The notes under the pieces: model-generated
The model's database searches: none
The model's input: the letters and a program-made list of their open reading frames with translations, nothing else
Told to the model about the DNA's origin: nothing
Source: Armatimonadota bacterium
Lineage (GTDB): Bacteria > Sysuimicrobiota > Sysuimicrobiia > Sysuimicrobiales > Humicultoraceae
Direction: 5' to 3'
Length of the DNA: 12,423 bases
Assembly (NCBI GenBank): GCA_037446215.1
Contig: JBBIJB010000049.1
Span: 5,581-18,003 of the forward strand
Program-made: the position numbers and the translations under genes
Part shown: positions 1-7,920 of the stretch, in pieces
Numbering within the stretch: position 1 is the first letter of the stretch
Layout: each line of letters starts with the position of its first letter

Positions 1-1062
1 CGCTTCGAACGCGGAGACCGTCCGCGACTCGCCGGTTCCGTAGCCGGAGAGCCGAACCCCCCCCTGGGCGGAAAGGGTAAGGGAGCGGCCAACCGAGAGC
101 GGACGAAGACCGAGCGTGACCTCGGCGTCGAGCCGCGTGGCGGCGACGTTGGACAAGAGCTCGCTGTACCAGCCCGCCGTGCCCCTCACCGCCCACCGCA
201 GGGGGGTCCCGGCTATCGGGAAGGGCGCACTGGCGGCGCCGAACTCGGCCACATCGTAGGGGAGCAGGTTGTAGGCCGGCCTCTCGTCGGTGTGCAGCGT
301 GCGGCCGATCCGCGCCGAGGCCGCGAACGGCGGCGCCTCGCGCTCGAGCGTGAGGAGGGCTGAGAAGCCCGAGAGGGTCCCATACTTGAGCCGCAGGTGG
401 CCCGCGCTGCCCCCGGGGTTCCACGGGATCCCGTAGTCGATCCAGAACCCATCGTACGGGTCGTGTCCGAAACCGGGCAGCGGACTCCTGCTCTCCCCGG
501 GAATCAGCGAGATGGTGAAGCTGGGCAGGGTGAACAGACGTCTCCCCGCCACGAAGGCCGAGGCGTTGCTGCTCACGATCTCGCTATCCGGGATGACCTC
601 GATCCGGTCCGCCCTGACATAGAGCAGGGGCCGCTGGGGATCGCACATCGTGACGGTGCTCCTGTACGAAACGAACCTGCTCCTCGAGAACTCGAGCCGC
701 TCGCCCTTGAGGTGCACCCTGTGGGCCCGGTCGACGATCCCCTCGCTGGGTTCGAGGACCCCCTCCTCGGTCCTGACGTTGTAGGTGAGCGTCTCTCCGC
801 GCAGCTCCTCTCCCCTTGGGTGCACCAGGCGAACCCGGCCCGTCGCCACCACGACCTGAGTCCTGAGGTCGTAACGTGCGGCATCGGCGAAGAGCCTGTA
901 GTCGCCGAAGGTCATCCTGACATTGCCCCTCGCGACCACCAGCTGCGCCACGGTGTCGTAGGTAACCGTGTCCGCGTCGACCTCGAACGGGGGGCGCTGC
1001 GCCCCGGCGGACCCGGCAGAGGCGAGCGCGAGGATGAGCAGAATGGTCAGGCTACAGCGCAC
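1..1062 (-). CDS. lptD: LPS-assembly protein LptD/OstA-like outer-membrane protein (3' end truncated by window edge)
   Basis: Translated by hand. The frame is open from GTG at 1062 to base 1 (354 codons), with SD-like GGGAGAGG upstream. Signal peptide MRCSLTILLILALASAGSAGA|Q is followed by OstA beta-jellyroll-like segments (FEVDADTVTYD..VVARGNVRMTFGDYRLFADAARYD..VVATGRVRL..LRGETLTYN), then TMCDPQRP-LYVRADRIEV..NASAFVAGRRLFTLP and PGFGHDPYDGFWID, matching the LptD N-domain/barrel junction. Amphipathic beta-strand-like sequence follows. Confidence 0.85.
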   Translation of the reverse strand, partial: MRCSLTILLILALASAGSAGAQRPPFEVDADTVTYDTVAQLVVARGNVRMTFGDYRLFADAARYDLRTQVVVATGRVRLVHPRGEELRGETLTYNVRTEEGVLEPSEGIVDRAHRVHLKGERLEFSRSRFVSYRSTVTMCDPQRPLLYVRADRIEVIPDSEIVSSNASAFVAGRRLFTLPSFTISLIPGESRSPLPGFGHDPYDGFWIDYGIPWNPGGSAGHLRLKYGTLSGFSALLTLEREAPPFAASARIGRTLHTDERPAYNLLPYDVAEFGAASAPFPIAGTPLRWAVRGTAGWYSELLSNVAATRLDAEVTLGLRPLSVGRSLTLSAQGGVRLSGYGTGESRTVSAFEA

Positions 1063-1126
1063 CCGGCACCCCTCTCCCAGTCGTCTCGTTCCCTATTCTT
1101 CCGGCCCCAACCGCTTCCTCCCATCC

Positions 1127-2752
1127 TCAGCGGGCCGGCTGGGAGCCTCCGGGAGGGTGGTTGGCCAGGAGAACGAACCCGCTCTGGCTGGTGAGGATGA
1201 CCAGGGGCCGCGGCGAGAGGGCCATCAATCCACCGAGGCGCTCCTCGCCTGCGACGACGAAGAGCCGCCGGCTCGCCCACTCGCGCCGCAGCTCTTCCAT
1301 ATCGCCTGTCGCTGCTACGGCCGGGCCGAAGTAGAGATGGGCGGAGTTGAAGCCCTCTATCGCCCGCCCGAAGAGGACGAGGCGGCCTGCGCCTCCAGCG
1401 TGTGAGTGGGCCGCGCGCGCCATCCCCGGCCAGGGGTCCAGCCTGGCTGCGTTCACGGTCATGCCGATCCCCAGGGACGCGTAGGCCAGCATCGCAGCGA
1501 CCGCGGCTCCTGTGAACGCCGCGGTGCCACTGCCTCGCAGCGCCGCGATCCCGAAGGCCAGGAGCGCGACGGCAAGGCCCGCAATCGGAGGGATCGCCGT
1601 CAGCGCCCACCGCTCCCTCTCGAGGGAGAACCCGAGCCAGAGGTAGAGGAAGCCGGCTGCGACCAGGGCGAGCGCGGGCAGCAACGCGATCCATGCTGCC
1701 AGGCGCAGCCGCTCCCCTGCCCGCATGAGGCCCGTTGCCGCGTGGCCCGCGAGGATCGCTGCCGGTGGAAAGCACGGTAGCACGTACCTGGAGACCTTGT
1801 CGCCCGAGGAGAACGACGCAAGCGCGAAGACAACCAGGAACCAGAGTATCGTGATCTTCAGGCCGTCCGATCCTCCCCTGTACGCCTGCCGCATACCGAG
1901 CAGCGCCACGACCAGCACCGGGGTCCACGGCAGCATCCCTAGGGCCATCATCGGGACATAAGCGAAGATCGAGAGCAGGTAGGGCGGAGGGTTGGAGATC
2001 ACGGGCGAGAAGAACCGGCCGACGCCGAGCGTCCCCGAGGTGAAGAAGGTGGCTACGAACACCTCTCCTCCCCGCACCGCCCCGGCCACGAACCATGGCG
2101 CCGCCACCGCGAGGAAGGTGGTTGCGCCCACAGCGCCGTGCGCCACCAGCACGCCCATCGGGTTCGGCCACCTGGGCCGCACCAGGATGACTACCGCCAG
2201 GGCTATCAGCCCGAAGAGGGCCAACCCCGCCACGCCCTTGGTCAGGACCGCCAGCGCGACCGCTGAGGCGGCCCCCGCGACGAGGGTGAGCCTGCCTTCC
2301 TGCAGGTAGCGCATCGCGAAGTGGACGGCCGCCGACAGGAAGAGCGTGAGCGGCAGATCCTGCTGGGGCACCGTGGACTGGTAGTAGAACTGCAGGGAGG
2401 TAGCCAGCACTAGCGAGGCCAGGGCGCCCTGCTCGCGCGAGAGGCCTGCCGTGCGGCCGATGGAGTAGGTCAGGACCACCAGGAGCAACGCCGCCAGGAG
2501 CTGCCACAGGCGCATCGAGACGGGGTTGACCCCGAAGAGGTGGAACGACGCCGCCATCAGCCAGAAGACCACAGGGGGCTTGTCGACGTAGGCGCCGGGG
2601 TGGTGAAAGGTCACCCAGTCGCCGGTCCTGACCACGTTGGCCGCGATCATCGCGTACAGGGGGGCGTCCCCGTCGATGTGGGGGAGTGGGGCCGCCGCCA
2701 GGATGAGGATCCCGGCCAGCACTGTAAGCAGAACCCATCGGCGCGTGCGCAT
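1127..2752 (-). CDS. ArnT/PMT-like (GT39/GT83, GT-C fold) polyprenyl-phosphate-sugar-dependent membrane glycosyltransferase
   Basis: Many hydrophobic segments and the motifs DGDAPLYA, DKPPVVFWL, QDLPLTLF, LTKG, APWF and KVSRYVLP, typical of the ArnT family. ATG at 2752 (541 aa) is preferred over GTG at 2779 because AGGAAGAG lies upstream. Confidence 0.88.
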   Translation of the reverse strand: MRTRRWVLLTVLAGILILAAAPLPHIDGDAPLYAMIAANVVRTGDWVTFHHPGAYVDKPPVVFWLMAASFHLFGVNPVSMRLWQLLAALLLVVLTYSIGRTAGLSREQGALASLVLATSLQFYYQSTVPQQDLPLTLFLSAAVHFAMRYLQEGRLTLVAGAASAVALAVLTKGVAGLALFGLIALAVVILVRPRWPNPMGVLVAHGAVGATTFLAVAAPWFVAGAVRGGEVFVATFFTSGTLGVGRFFSPVISNPPPYLLSIFAYVPMMALGMLPWTPVLVVALLGMRQAYRGGSDGLKITILWFLVVFALASFSSGDKVSRYVLPCFPPAAILAGHAATGLMRAGERLRLAAWIALLPALALVAAGFLYLWLGFSLERERWALTAIPPIAGLAVALLAFGIAALRGSGTAAFTGAAVAAMLAYASLGIGMTVNAARLDPWPGMARAAHSHAGGAGRLVLFGRAIEGFNSAHLYFGPAVAATGDMEELRREWASRRLFVVAGEERLGGLMALSPRPLVILTSQSGFVLLANHPPGGSQPAR

Positions 2753-2874
2753 CCCCGCGGTCTCTCTTCCTGCCCGCACTGTACCGGCCCTCTAGAGTTC
2801 GCCGGAGCCGCGCGGCAACCTGTAGGGAACGGCCCTGCGAAACGGCAATCGGTGCCCCGGCTCCCGCGTCGGAA

Positions 2875-2903
2875 TTGCGCGACGGCCAGCGGGACACTAT
2901 TAT
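2875..2903 (+). promoter_or_regulatory. Putative sigma70-type promoter for the lpxB-like operon
   Basis: TTGCGC (2875-2880), a 17-nt spacer, then TATTAT (2898-2903), in a locally AT-rich patch of the divergent intergenic region. Confidence 0.6.
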
Positions 2904-2921
2904 TGGAGTGTTTTGCGCCGA

Positions 2922-4118
2922 ATGGATGCTATCACACCACTGTCCACCCTAGTGATACTGGCCAACGGCCCCGGTGAGGTGTCCGGGTGGGCTGCCCCCA
3001 TCGCCGCGGAGGCGAAGCTGCGGGCGGCAGCTACGGGCATTCCAGTGGAGGTGGGGCTGTGCCTGCTGCCCTGCCAGTTCGCGAGCGGACAGGAAGGGGC
3101 GGCGGCGGCGGGGTACGGCGTGTTCGACCAGATCGTCGAGCCGAAGGCCTCGCTGCGCCTGGGCCTGGGGCTCCCGGGGTGGAAGCCTTCGGGACGTCCT
3201 GTGATCCTGCACGTCGGAGGCGACTTCTGGTATCCGGGCAGGCTGGCGCGCCGATGGCGGGCCGCAGCGTACGCGTTCGTCGAGAGGGCCCACGTCGCGC
3301 GGTCACACCGCGTTTTCGACGGCATCTTCGTGCCGACTGAGGAGCTACGCGAGAGGCTGATCCGCTACAGGGTCCGGCCCGAGAAGATCGTGGTCACAGG
3401 CGACCCGAGGCACGACGCGGTGCTGCTGGGCCGGGGGAAGAGCAAGGAGGCCCGGGAGGCGAACGCCGGGCCGAAGGTCCTGTTTCTTGCCGGTAGCCGC
3501 GACTCGGTCTTCTCGGCGGTCTTCCCGTACTGGGTGGAGACAGCGGTCGCGTTGCGGGAGAGACTGGCCGAGGCCAGGCTCGTCGCCGCCGTCTCGCCGT
3601 TTGTATCGCCCCGACTGCGGAGCGCGCTCGTGGACCGATACAGAGAAGACCTCGACGCCGCACGGGTCGAGATCGAGCACGGGGCCGCATCCAGCGCCTG
3701 GGACGCGGACCTGGCCCTGACGATACCCGGCACCAACACGATGGAACTGGCGATCATGAGGATACCGAGCCTCGTGGTCCTGCCGTTTGGCCTGGCCCCG
3801 CAGATACCCGCGGAGGGCGTGACAGAGTGGGTGGCGCGGATTCCCAGGCTGGGCCCGGCGCTGCGGCTCCACATCGCGCGTCGGTACATCAGGCGCCGCC
3901 CCTACCTGGCCCTGCCCAACATGCGGCTGGGGCGGAAGGTCGTGCCGGAGCTGACGGGCGACGTCTCCCCCGGTCAGGTTGCCGCGGAGGCGGCCCGGCT
4001 GATAGGCAGCCCGGCCGAGCGCGCCAAGCTGTCCGCGGATCTGGCAGAGATACCTGCTGAGACCGGGGCGGCAGGCCGCGTAGTAGAGGCGATGCATCCG
4101 CTGTGGGCCGTGAGTTGA
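2922..4118 (+). CDS. Lipid-A-disaccharide synthase (LpxB)-like GT-B glycosyltransferase
   Basis: N-terminal ILANGPGEVSGW, VTGDPRHD, FLAGSR (cf. LLPGSR), IPGTNTMELA, LALPN and VPELTG. Start is ATG 2922 or TTG 2913. Lies directly upstream of the msbA-like gene. Confidence 0.8.
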   Translation: MDAITPLSTLVILANGPGEVSGWAAPIAAEAKLRAAATGIPVEVGLCLLPCQFASGQEGAAAAGYGVFDQIVEPKASLRLGLGLPGWKPSGRPVILHVGGDFWYPGRLARRWRAAAYAFVERAHVARSHRVFDGIFVPTEELRERLIRYRVRPEKIVVTGDPRHDAVLLGRGKSKEAREANAGPKVLFLAGSRDSVFSAVFPYWVETAVALRERLAEARLVAAVSPFVSPRLRSALVDRYREDLDAARVEIEHGAASSAWDADLALTIPGTNTMELAIMRIPSLVVLPFGLAPQIPAEGVTEWVARIPRLGPALRLHIARRYIRRRPYLALPNMRLGRKVVPELTGDVSPGQVAAEAARLIGSPAERAKLSADLAEIPAETGAAGRVVEAMHPLWAVS

Positions 4119-5866
4119 GCGACGTCAGGCGCCTGGCCTCCTACCTTGCCCCCTACCGCCTGCAGATCGCGGCCGCGATGGGTGGCATGTTGACCGTGAC
4201 GGTCGCGAATCTGGCCGTGCCGGCCTACGGCGGAGGGATCGTGGACCGGCTGATAGCGACGCGCGCCTTCGCGGCGCTGAACCAGGCGGCCGTCGCGATG
4301 CTGGTCCTCTTCGGCGTGCGCAGCCTGGCGATGTACGCGCAGATCTACGCCACCTTCTACCTGGGCCATCGCGTCACGGCGGACATACGGCAGGATCTGT
4401 TCTCCAGGATCCAGCGCTGGTCGCTCGACAGGTTCGCGATGTGGCAGAGCGGGGACGCGATCTCACGCAGCCTGCAGGATACGCAGATCGTCCACACCCA
4501 GATGCTCGTAGGCCTCGTGGACGCCTCTTCCACTGCGCTCACAGTGGTCGGCATCGTCGGCATGATGCTCTGGATAGACTGGCGGCTCGCCCTGGCGATC
4601 GGCCTCATCATCCCGTTGGTCGGGGCAGTCACGCGGGCGTTCGGCAGGGAGATCCAGGGAACATCCACCCGGGCACAGGAGCACACGGCAGGCCTGGCCA
4701 GCCTCATTCGTGAGGCGTTCACGGGCGCCAGGGTCATCAGGGCGTTCGCGGGCGAGGAGCGGGCAGTTAGGCGGTTTCGTGACCGAAACGAGCGCGCCTT
4801 CGGCGCCAACGTGCGAATAGCGAGAATGGTGGCGGTACAGGTGCCGGTGGTGAGCTTCGCCTCGGCGTTCGGGGTGATACTGGTCTTGTGGATCGGCGGC
4901 CAGCGCGTGACCTCGGGCGAGCTCACGCCCGGGGCACTGGTGGCATTCCTGGCGTACGTCGGGCTGGCGGTCGAGCCGGTGGTGAACCTCACCAAGCACT
5001 ACGCCGGCCTCCGTCAGGCCCTCGGCGCGTTCGAGCGGGTGAAGGCGCTCCTCGATGAGCCGGACGGCCTGGAGGAGCGTAGTGACGCGGTGCAGCTCCC
5101 ACCGATCGAGGGACGCGTGCGGTTTGACGACGTCTCCTTCCGCTACGGGGAGGAGCAGTGGGTTCTGCGCGACCTCACCCTGGATGTGGCGGCAGGAGAG
5201 CGTGTCGCCGTCGTGGGACTCAGCGGTGCCGGGAAGACCACGCTCGTCAACCTCGTCGCGCGGTTCTACGATCCGGTTTCGGGTAAGGTGGAGATAGACG
5301 GCTGGGACTTGAGGCGGGTCACGGCCCGGTCGCTTCGACGCCAGATCGGCCTCGTGCCGCAGGAGACCGTGTTGTTCCGTGGAAGCGTGCGCGAGAACAT
5401 AGCCTTCGCCAGGCCGGAAGCGTCGCTGGATGAGGTCGTGGCCGCGGCTAGGGCTGCCAACGCGCACGAGTTCATCGTGCGCATGGAGGACGGGTACGAG
5501 ACCCTCCTCGGCGACGACGGCATGGAGCTCTCAGGAGGGCAGCGGCAGCGGATCGCGATAGCGCGGGCGCTGCTCAACAACCCGCGCCTGCTCATACTCG
5601 ACGAGGCCACGTCCGCGTTGGACAGCGAGTCCGAGGCGCTGATCCAGGAGGCGATGGAGCGCATCGCCCGAGGGCGCACCACCTTCATAATCGCCCACCG
5701 CCTCTCAACCGTCCGGGCCGCTGACCGGATAGTCGTGCTCGACGGGGGCGTGGTCGTCGAGACCGGCCGGCACGAAGAGCTCGCAGCCGGCGGCGGCACC
5801 TACGCCAGGCTCCTGAGGATGCAGTGGGAGGAGGCGGCGGGAGCGGCCCAGCCGCCGCAGAAGTAG
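4115..5866 (+). CDS. msbA: MsbA-like ABC exporter (fused TMD-NBD), probable glycolipid flippase
   Basis: N-terminal multi-TM domain, Walker A GLSGAGKT, Q-loop VPQE, signature LSGGQRQR, Walker B ILDEATSALD and H-loop IAHRLST. Start is TTG 4115 (TTGA overlap with the upstream stop) or GTG 4103. The ABC exporter call is near-certain; the msbA name relies on context. Confidence 0.85.
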   Translation: MSDVRRLASYLAPYRLQIAAAMGGMLTVTVANLAVPAYGGGIVDRLIATRAFAALNQAAVAMLVLFGVRSLAMYAQIYATFYLGHRVTADIRQDLFSRIQRWSLDRFAMWQSGDAISRSLQDTQIVHTQMLVGLVDASSTALTVVGIVGMMLWIDWRLALAIGLIIPLVGAVTRAFGREIQGTSTRAQEHTAGLASLIREAFTGARVIRAFAGEERAVRRFRDRNERAFGANVRIARMVAVQVPVVSFASAFGVILVLWIGGQRVTSGELTPGALVAFLAYVGLAVEPVVNLTKHYAGLRQALGAFERVKALLDEPDGLEERSDAVQLPPIEGRVRFDDVSFRYGEEQWVLRDLTLDVAAGERVAVVGLSGAGKTTLVNLVARFYDPVSGKVEIDGWDLRRVTARSLRRQIGLVPQETVLFRGSVRENIAFARPEASLDEVVAAARAANAHEFIVRMEDGYETLLGDDGMELSGGQRQRIAIARALLNNPRLLILDEATSALDSESEALIQEAMERIARGRTTFIIAHRLSTVRAADRIVVLDGGVVVETGRHEELAAGGGTYARLLRMQWEEAAGAAQPPQK

Positions 5867-6802
5867 ATGGACGGCCGGCCCTCACCGCCGCACCTCAGCG
5901 TTGTCGTGCCGGTCTACAACGACGCGAAGCTCCTGCGCCGTTCCCTCGCATGCCTGGTTGACCAGTCCCTTGCGCGCGAGGCGTACGAGATCGTCGTCGT
6001 AGACGACGGATCCACCGACGGGACGCCAGTGGTGATCGCCGAGGCTTGCGCCGCGAGCGACCTCTTGCACCCGGTCAGGCTCGATCGAAACCGCGGGCGC
6101 AGCGCAGCGCGGAACGCCGGCATCCTGGCCGCCGCGGCACCCCTCGTCGTCTTCCTGGACAGCGATGTCCTCGTCCGATCCGACTTCCTGGAGCGCCACG
6201 TGGATCTCCACCGGAGCGCCGGCCGACCAGTGGTGGGAAGGGGGCCGGTGGTCACCATCCCCACGGCCGAGATCCCTCCGCACACCCCGCGCTTCGGGCC
6301 CTCGAGGGCTTACCTGACCACGGCCAACGCGTCGGTTCCCAGGAGTTCACTGATCGAGGCCGGCATGTTCGACGAGGGGTTCCGGCTCTACGGCTGGGAG
6401 GACTTCGACATGGGAGCACGCCTGAAAGCGAGAGGCCTCCCACGCGCCTTCTCGACCGAGGCCGTGGCATTCCACGTGCAGCCGCCGTCGACCTTCGAGT
6501 CGCTCGAGGACGATCTGGCGAAGGAGGAGGAGCGGGCGCAGATGGCGCTCTACTTCCTCCGAAAGCACCCGGGGTTCGCGACGCGGATGCTCATCTCGGA
6601 CACGATGATGCACCGGGCGGTGAACTTCGTGCTCGCGGGAGCGGGGGTGCTGAGCATCCACAACGCGCCTCGAGTTGCGCGCTGGCTGAACGCCAGGGGG
6701 TGGTACTCGCTGGCACTATTGGTGACGCGGGGGGTCCTCAACATGTACTACCTTGAGATGCTCGACCGGGCACGTGCGGCCGAGCAGGAGGGCTCCTGTT
6801 GA
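5867..6802 (+). CDS. Glycosyltransferase family 2 (GT-A fold)
   Basis: SVVVPVYN, VVDDGSTDGT, GRSAARNAG, FLDSD (DxD) and FDEGFRLYGWEDFD. The ATG immediately follows the msbA stop (TAG-ATG). Confidence 0.92.
   Translation: MDGRPSPPHLSVVVPVYNDAKLLRRSLACLVDQSLAREAYEIVVVDDGSTDGTPVVIAEACAASDLLHPVRLDRNRGRSAARNAGILAAAAPLVVFLDSDVLVRSDFLERHVDLHRSAGRPVVGRGPVVTIPTAEIPPHTPRFGPSRAYLTTANASVPRSSLIEAGMFDEGFRLYGWEDFDMGARLKARGLPRAFSTEAVAFHVQPPSTFESLEDDLAKEEERAQMALYFLRKHPGFATRMLISDTMMHRAVNFVLAGAGVLSIHNAPRVARWLNARGWYSLALLVTRGVLNMYYLEMLDRARAAEQEGSC
6783..6800 (+). promoter_or_regulatory. Hairpin occluding the SD and start codon of the fourth operon gene
   Basis: AGCAGGA-GGGC-TCCTGTT forms a 7-bp stem (one G-U pair) with a 4-nt loop. 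It contains AGGAGG (6786-6791) and the first two bases of the TTG start (6799-6800). Confidence 0.5.
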
Positions 6803-7920
6803 GGCGGAGCGTCCTCTTCGTCAGCAACGGCGTGGGCGAGGACCTCATAGCCTCTCGCATAGCCGCGCTACTCGCGGGTCCCGAGATCTCGATAACCGCC
6901 TACCCTCTCGTGGGCGAGGGCGCCTACTCGACTGCCTTCCAAATGCTCGATCCGAGGAAAGCACTTCCGAGCGGCGGATTCTCGATGCGCGCCGGACAGC
7001 GGGGCCTCCTCGCCGACCTCCGCGCTGGCCTCGTCGGGCTCTGGCTGGGGCAGCGGCGCACGCTGGCGGCCCAGAGGGGACGGCACGACCTGATCGTGGC
7101 CGTGGGCGACACCTACTGCCTGTCGATGGCGGCCCTGTCCTCGCCGCGGGTGGCGTTCGTGTCAACGGCGGACTCGGTGAGGATCGGTGAGTTCGGGCTC
7201 TTGGGCCGGCGGGCGATGCGGCGCCACGCGAGCGTGATCTTCGCGCGCGACCCGGACACAGCCGCGGCGCTGAGGGAGACGGGCCTTCAGGCGTGGGCGC
7301 CGGGCAACGTGATGATGGACATGATGGAGCCCACCGGCGAGGCGTTCGGCCTTCCGGAAGGGAGCCCGGTCGTCGCGCTCCTACCTGGGAGCCGCCTCGA
7401 CGCCCTGTCGGTGGCACCGGTCCTCGCAGCGGTCGCGGCGGAGGTGGCCGACGAGATCGAGGGCGTCGCGTTCCTGATGGCTGTGGCCCCTAGCGTGCCC
7501 TTGGAGGCGGTGTCGGGGGCGATCGCCAGGGCCGACGGCGCTCGGGGGGTAAGGATACAGCTGACAGGGCGGTTCGCGGATGCGGTCGCGCGCGCAGACG
7601 TGGTCGTGGGCCTCGCAGGGACGGCGAACGAGCAGGCGGCCGGGATCGGGAGGCCGGTGGTCGCCTTCCCCGGCCCAGGAGCGCAGTTCGGGCCGGCCTT
7701 CCTGGCTGCCCAGCACCGGTTGCTGGGTGAGGCGCTCGTGGCTGCCCGTGACTGGAGGCAGGGGGCGTCGGCCGTCGCAAGATTGCTGAGGGATCCGAAG
7801 GAAAGAGCGGACAGGGGCGCGGTGGGGCGCGAGCGGATGGGCCCGCCCGGGGGTGCCCTGCGGATTGCCGGTGCCCTAAGGAGGATGGTCACCGGGGAGG
7901 GAACCGCGGCAGGGGGCTAG
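6799..7920 (+). CDS. Lipid-A-disaccharide synthase-related protein (TIGR03492/COG4370-like), GT-B fold
   Basis: LFVSNGVGED, PLVGEGAY, LPSGGF, AVGD, RDPDTA, GNVMMD, LLPGSR, GLAGTANEQAAGIGRP, GAQF..FLAAQHRLLG and ERMGPPG. TTG start with AGGAGG 7 nt upstream and a TTGA overlap. Confidence 0.85.
   Translation: MRRSVLFVSNGVGEDLIASRIAALLAGPEISITAYPLVGEGAYSTAFQMLDPRKALPSGGFSMRAGQRGLLADLRAGLVGLWLGQRRTLAAQRGRHDLIVAVGDTYCLSMAALSSPRVAFVSTADSVRIGEFGLLGRRAMRRHASVIFARDPDTAAALRETGLQAWAPGNVMMDMMEPTGEAFGLPEGSPVVALLPGSRLDALSVAPVLAAVAAEVADEIEGVAFLMAVAPSVPLEAVSGAIARADGARGVRIQLTGRFADAVARADVVVGLAGTANEQAAGIGRPVVAFPGPGAQFGPAFLAAQHRLLGEALVAARDWRQGASAVARLLRDPKERADRGAVGRERMGPPGGALRIAGALRRMVTGEGTAAGG

Noticed and set aside
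397..1194. 265-aa plus-strand ORF
   Set aside because: Antisense shadow of the lptD-like gene with no recognisable domain.
1047..2897. 616-aa minus-strand ORF overlapping the arnT-like gene in another frame
   Set aside because: Arg/Gly/Pro/Ala-rich with no motifs; a typical shadow frame of a GC-rich membrane protein gene.
3345..7892. Numerous antisense and alternate-frame ORFs across the operon
   Set aside because: Expected from stop-codon scarcity at high GC; none has motifs or a convincing RBS.
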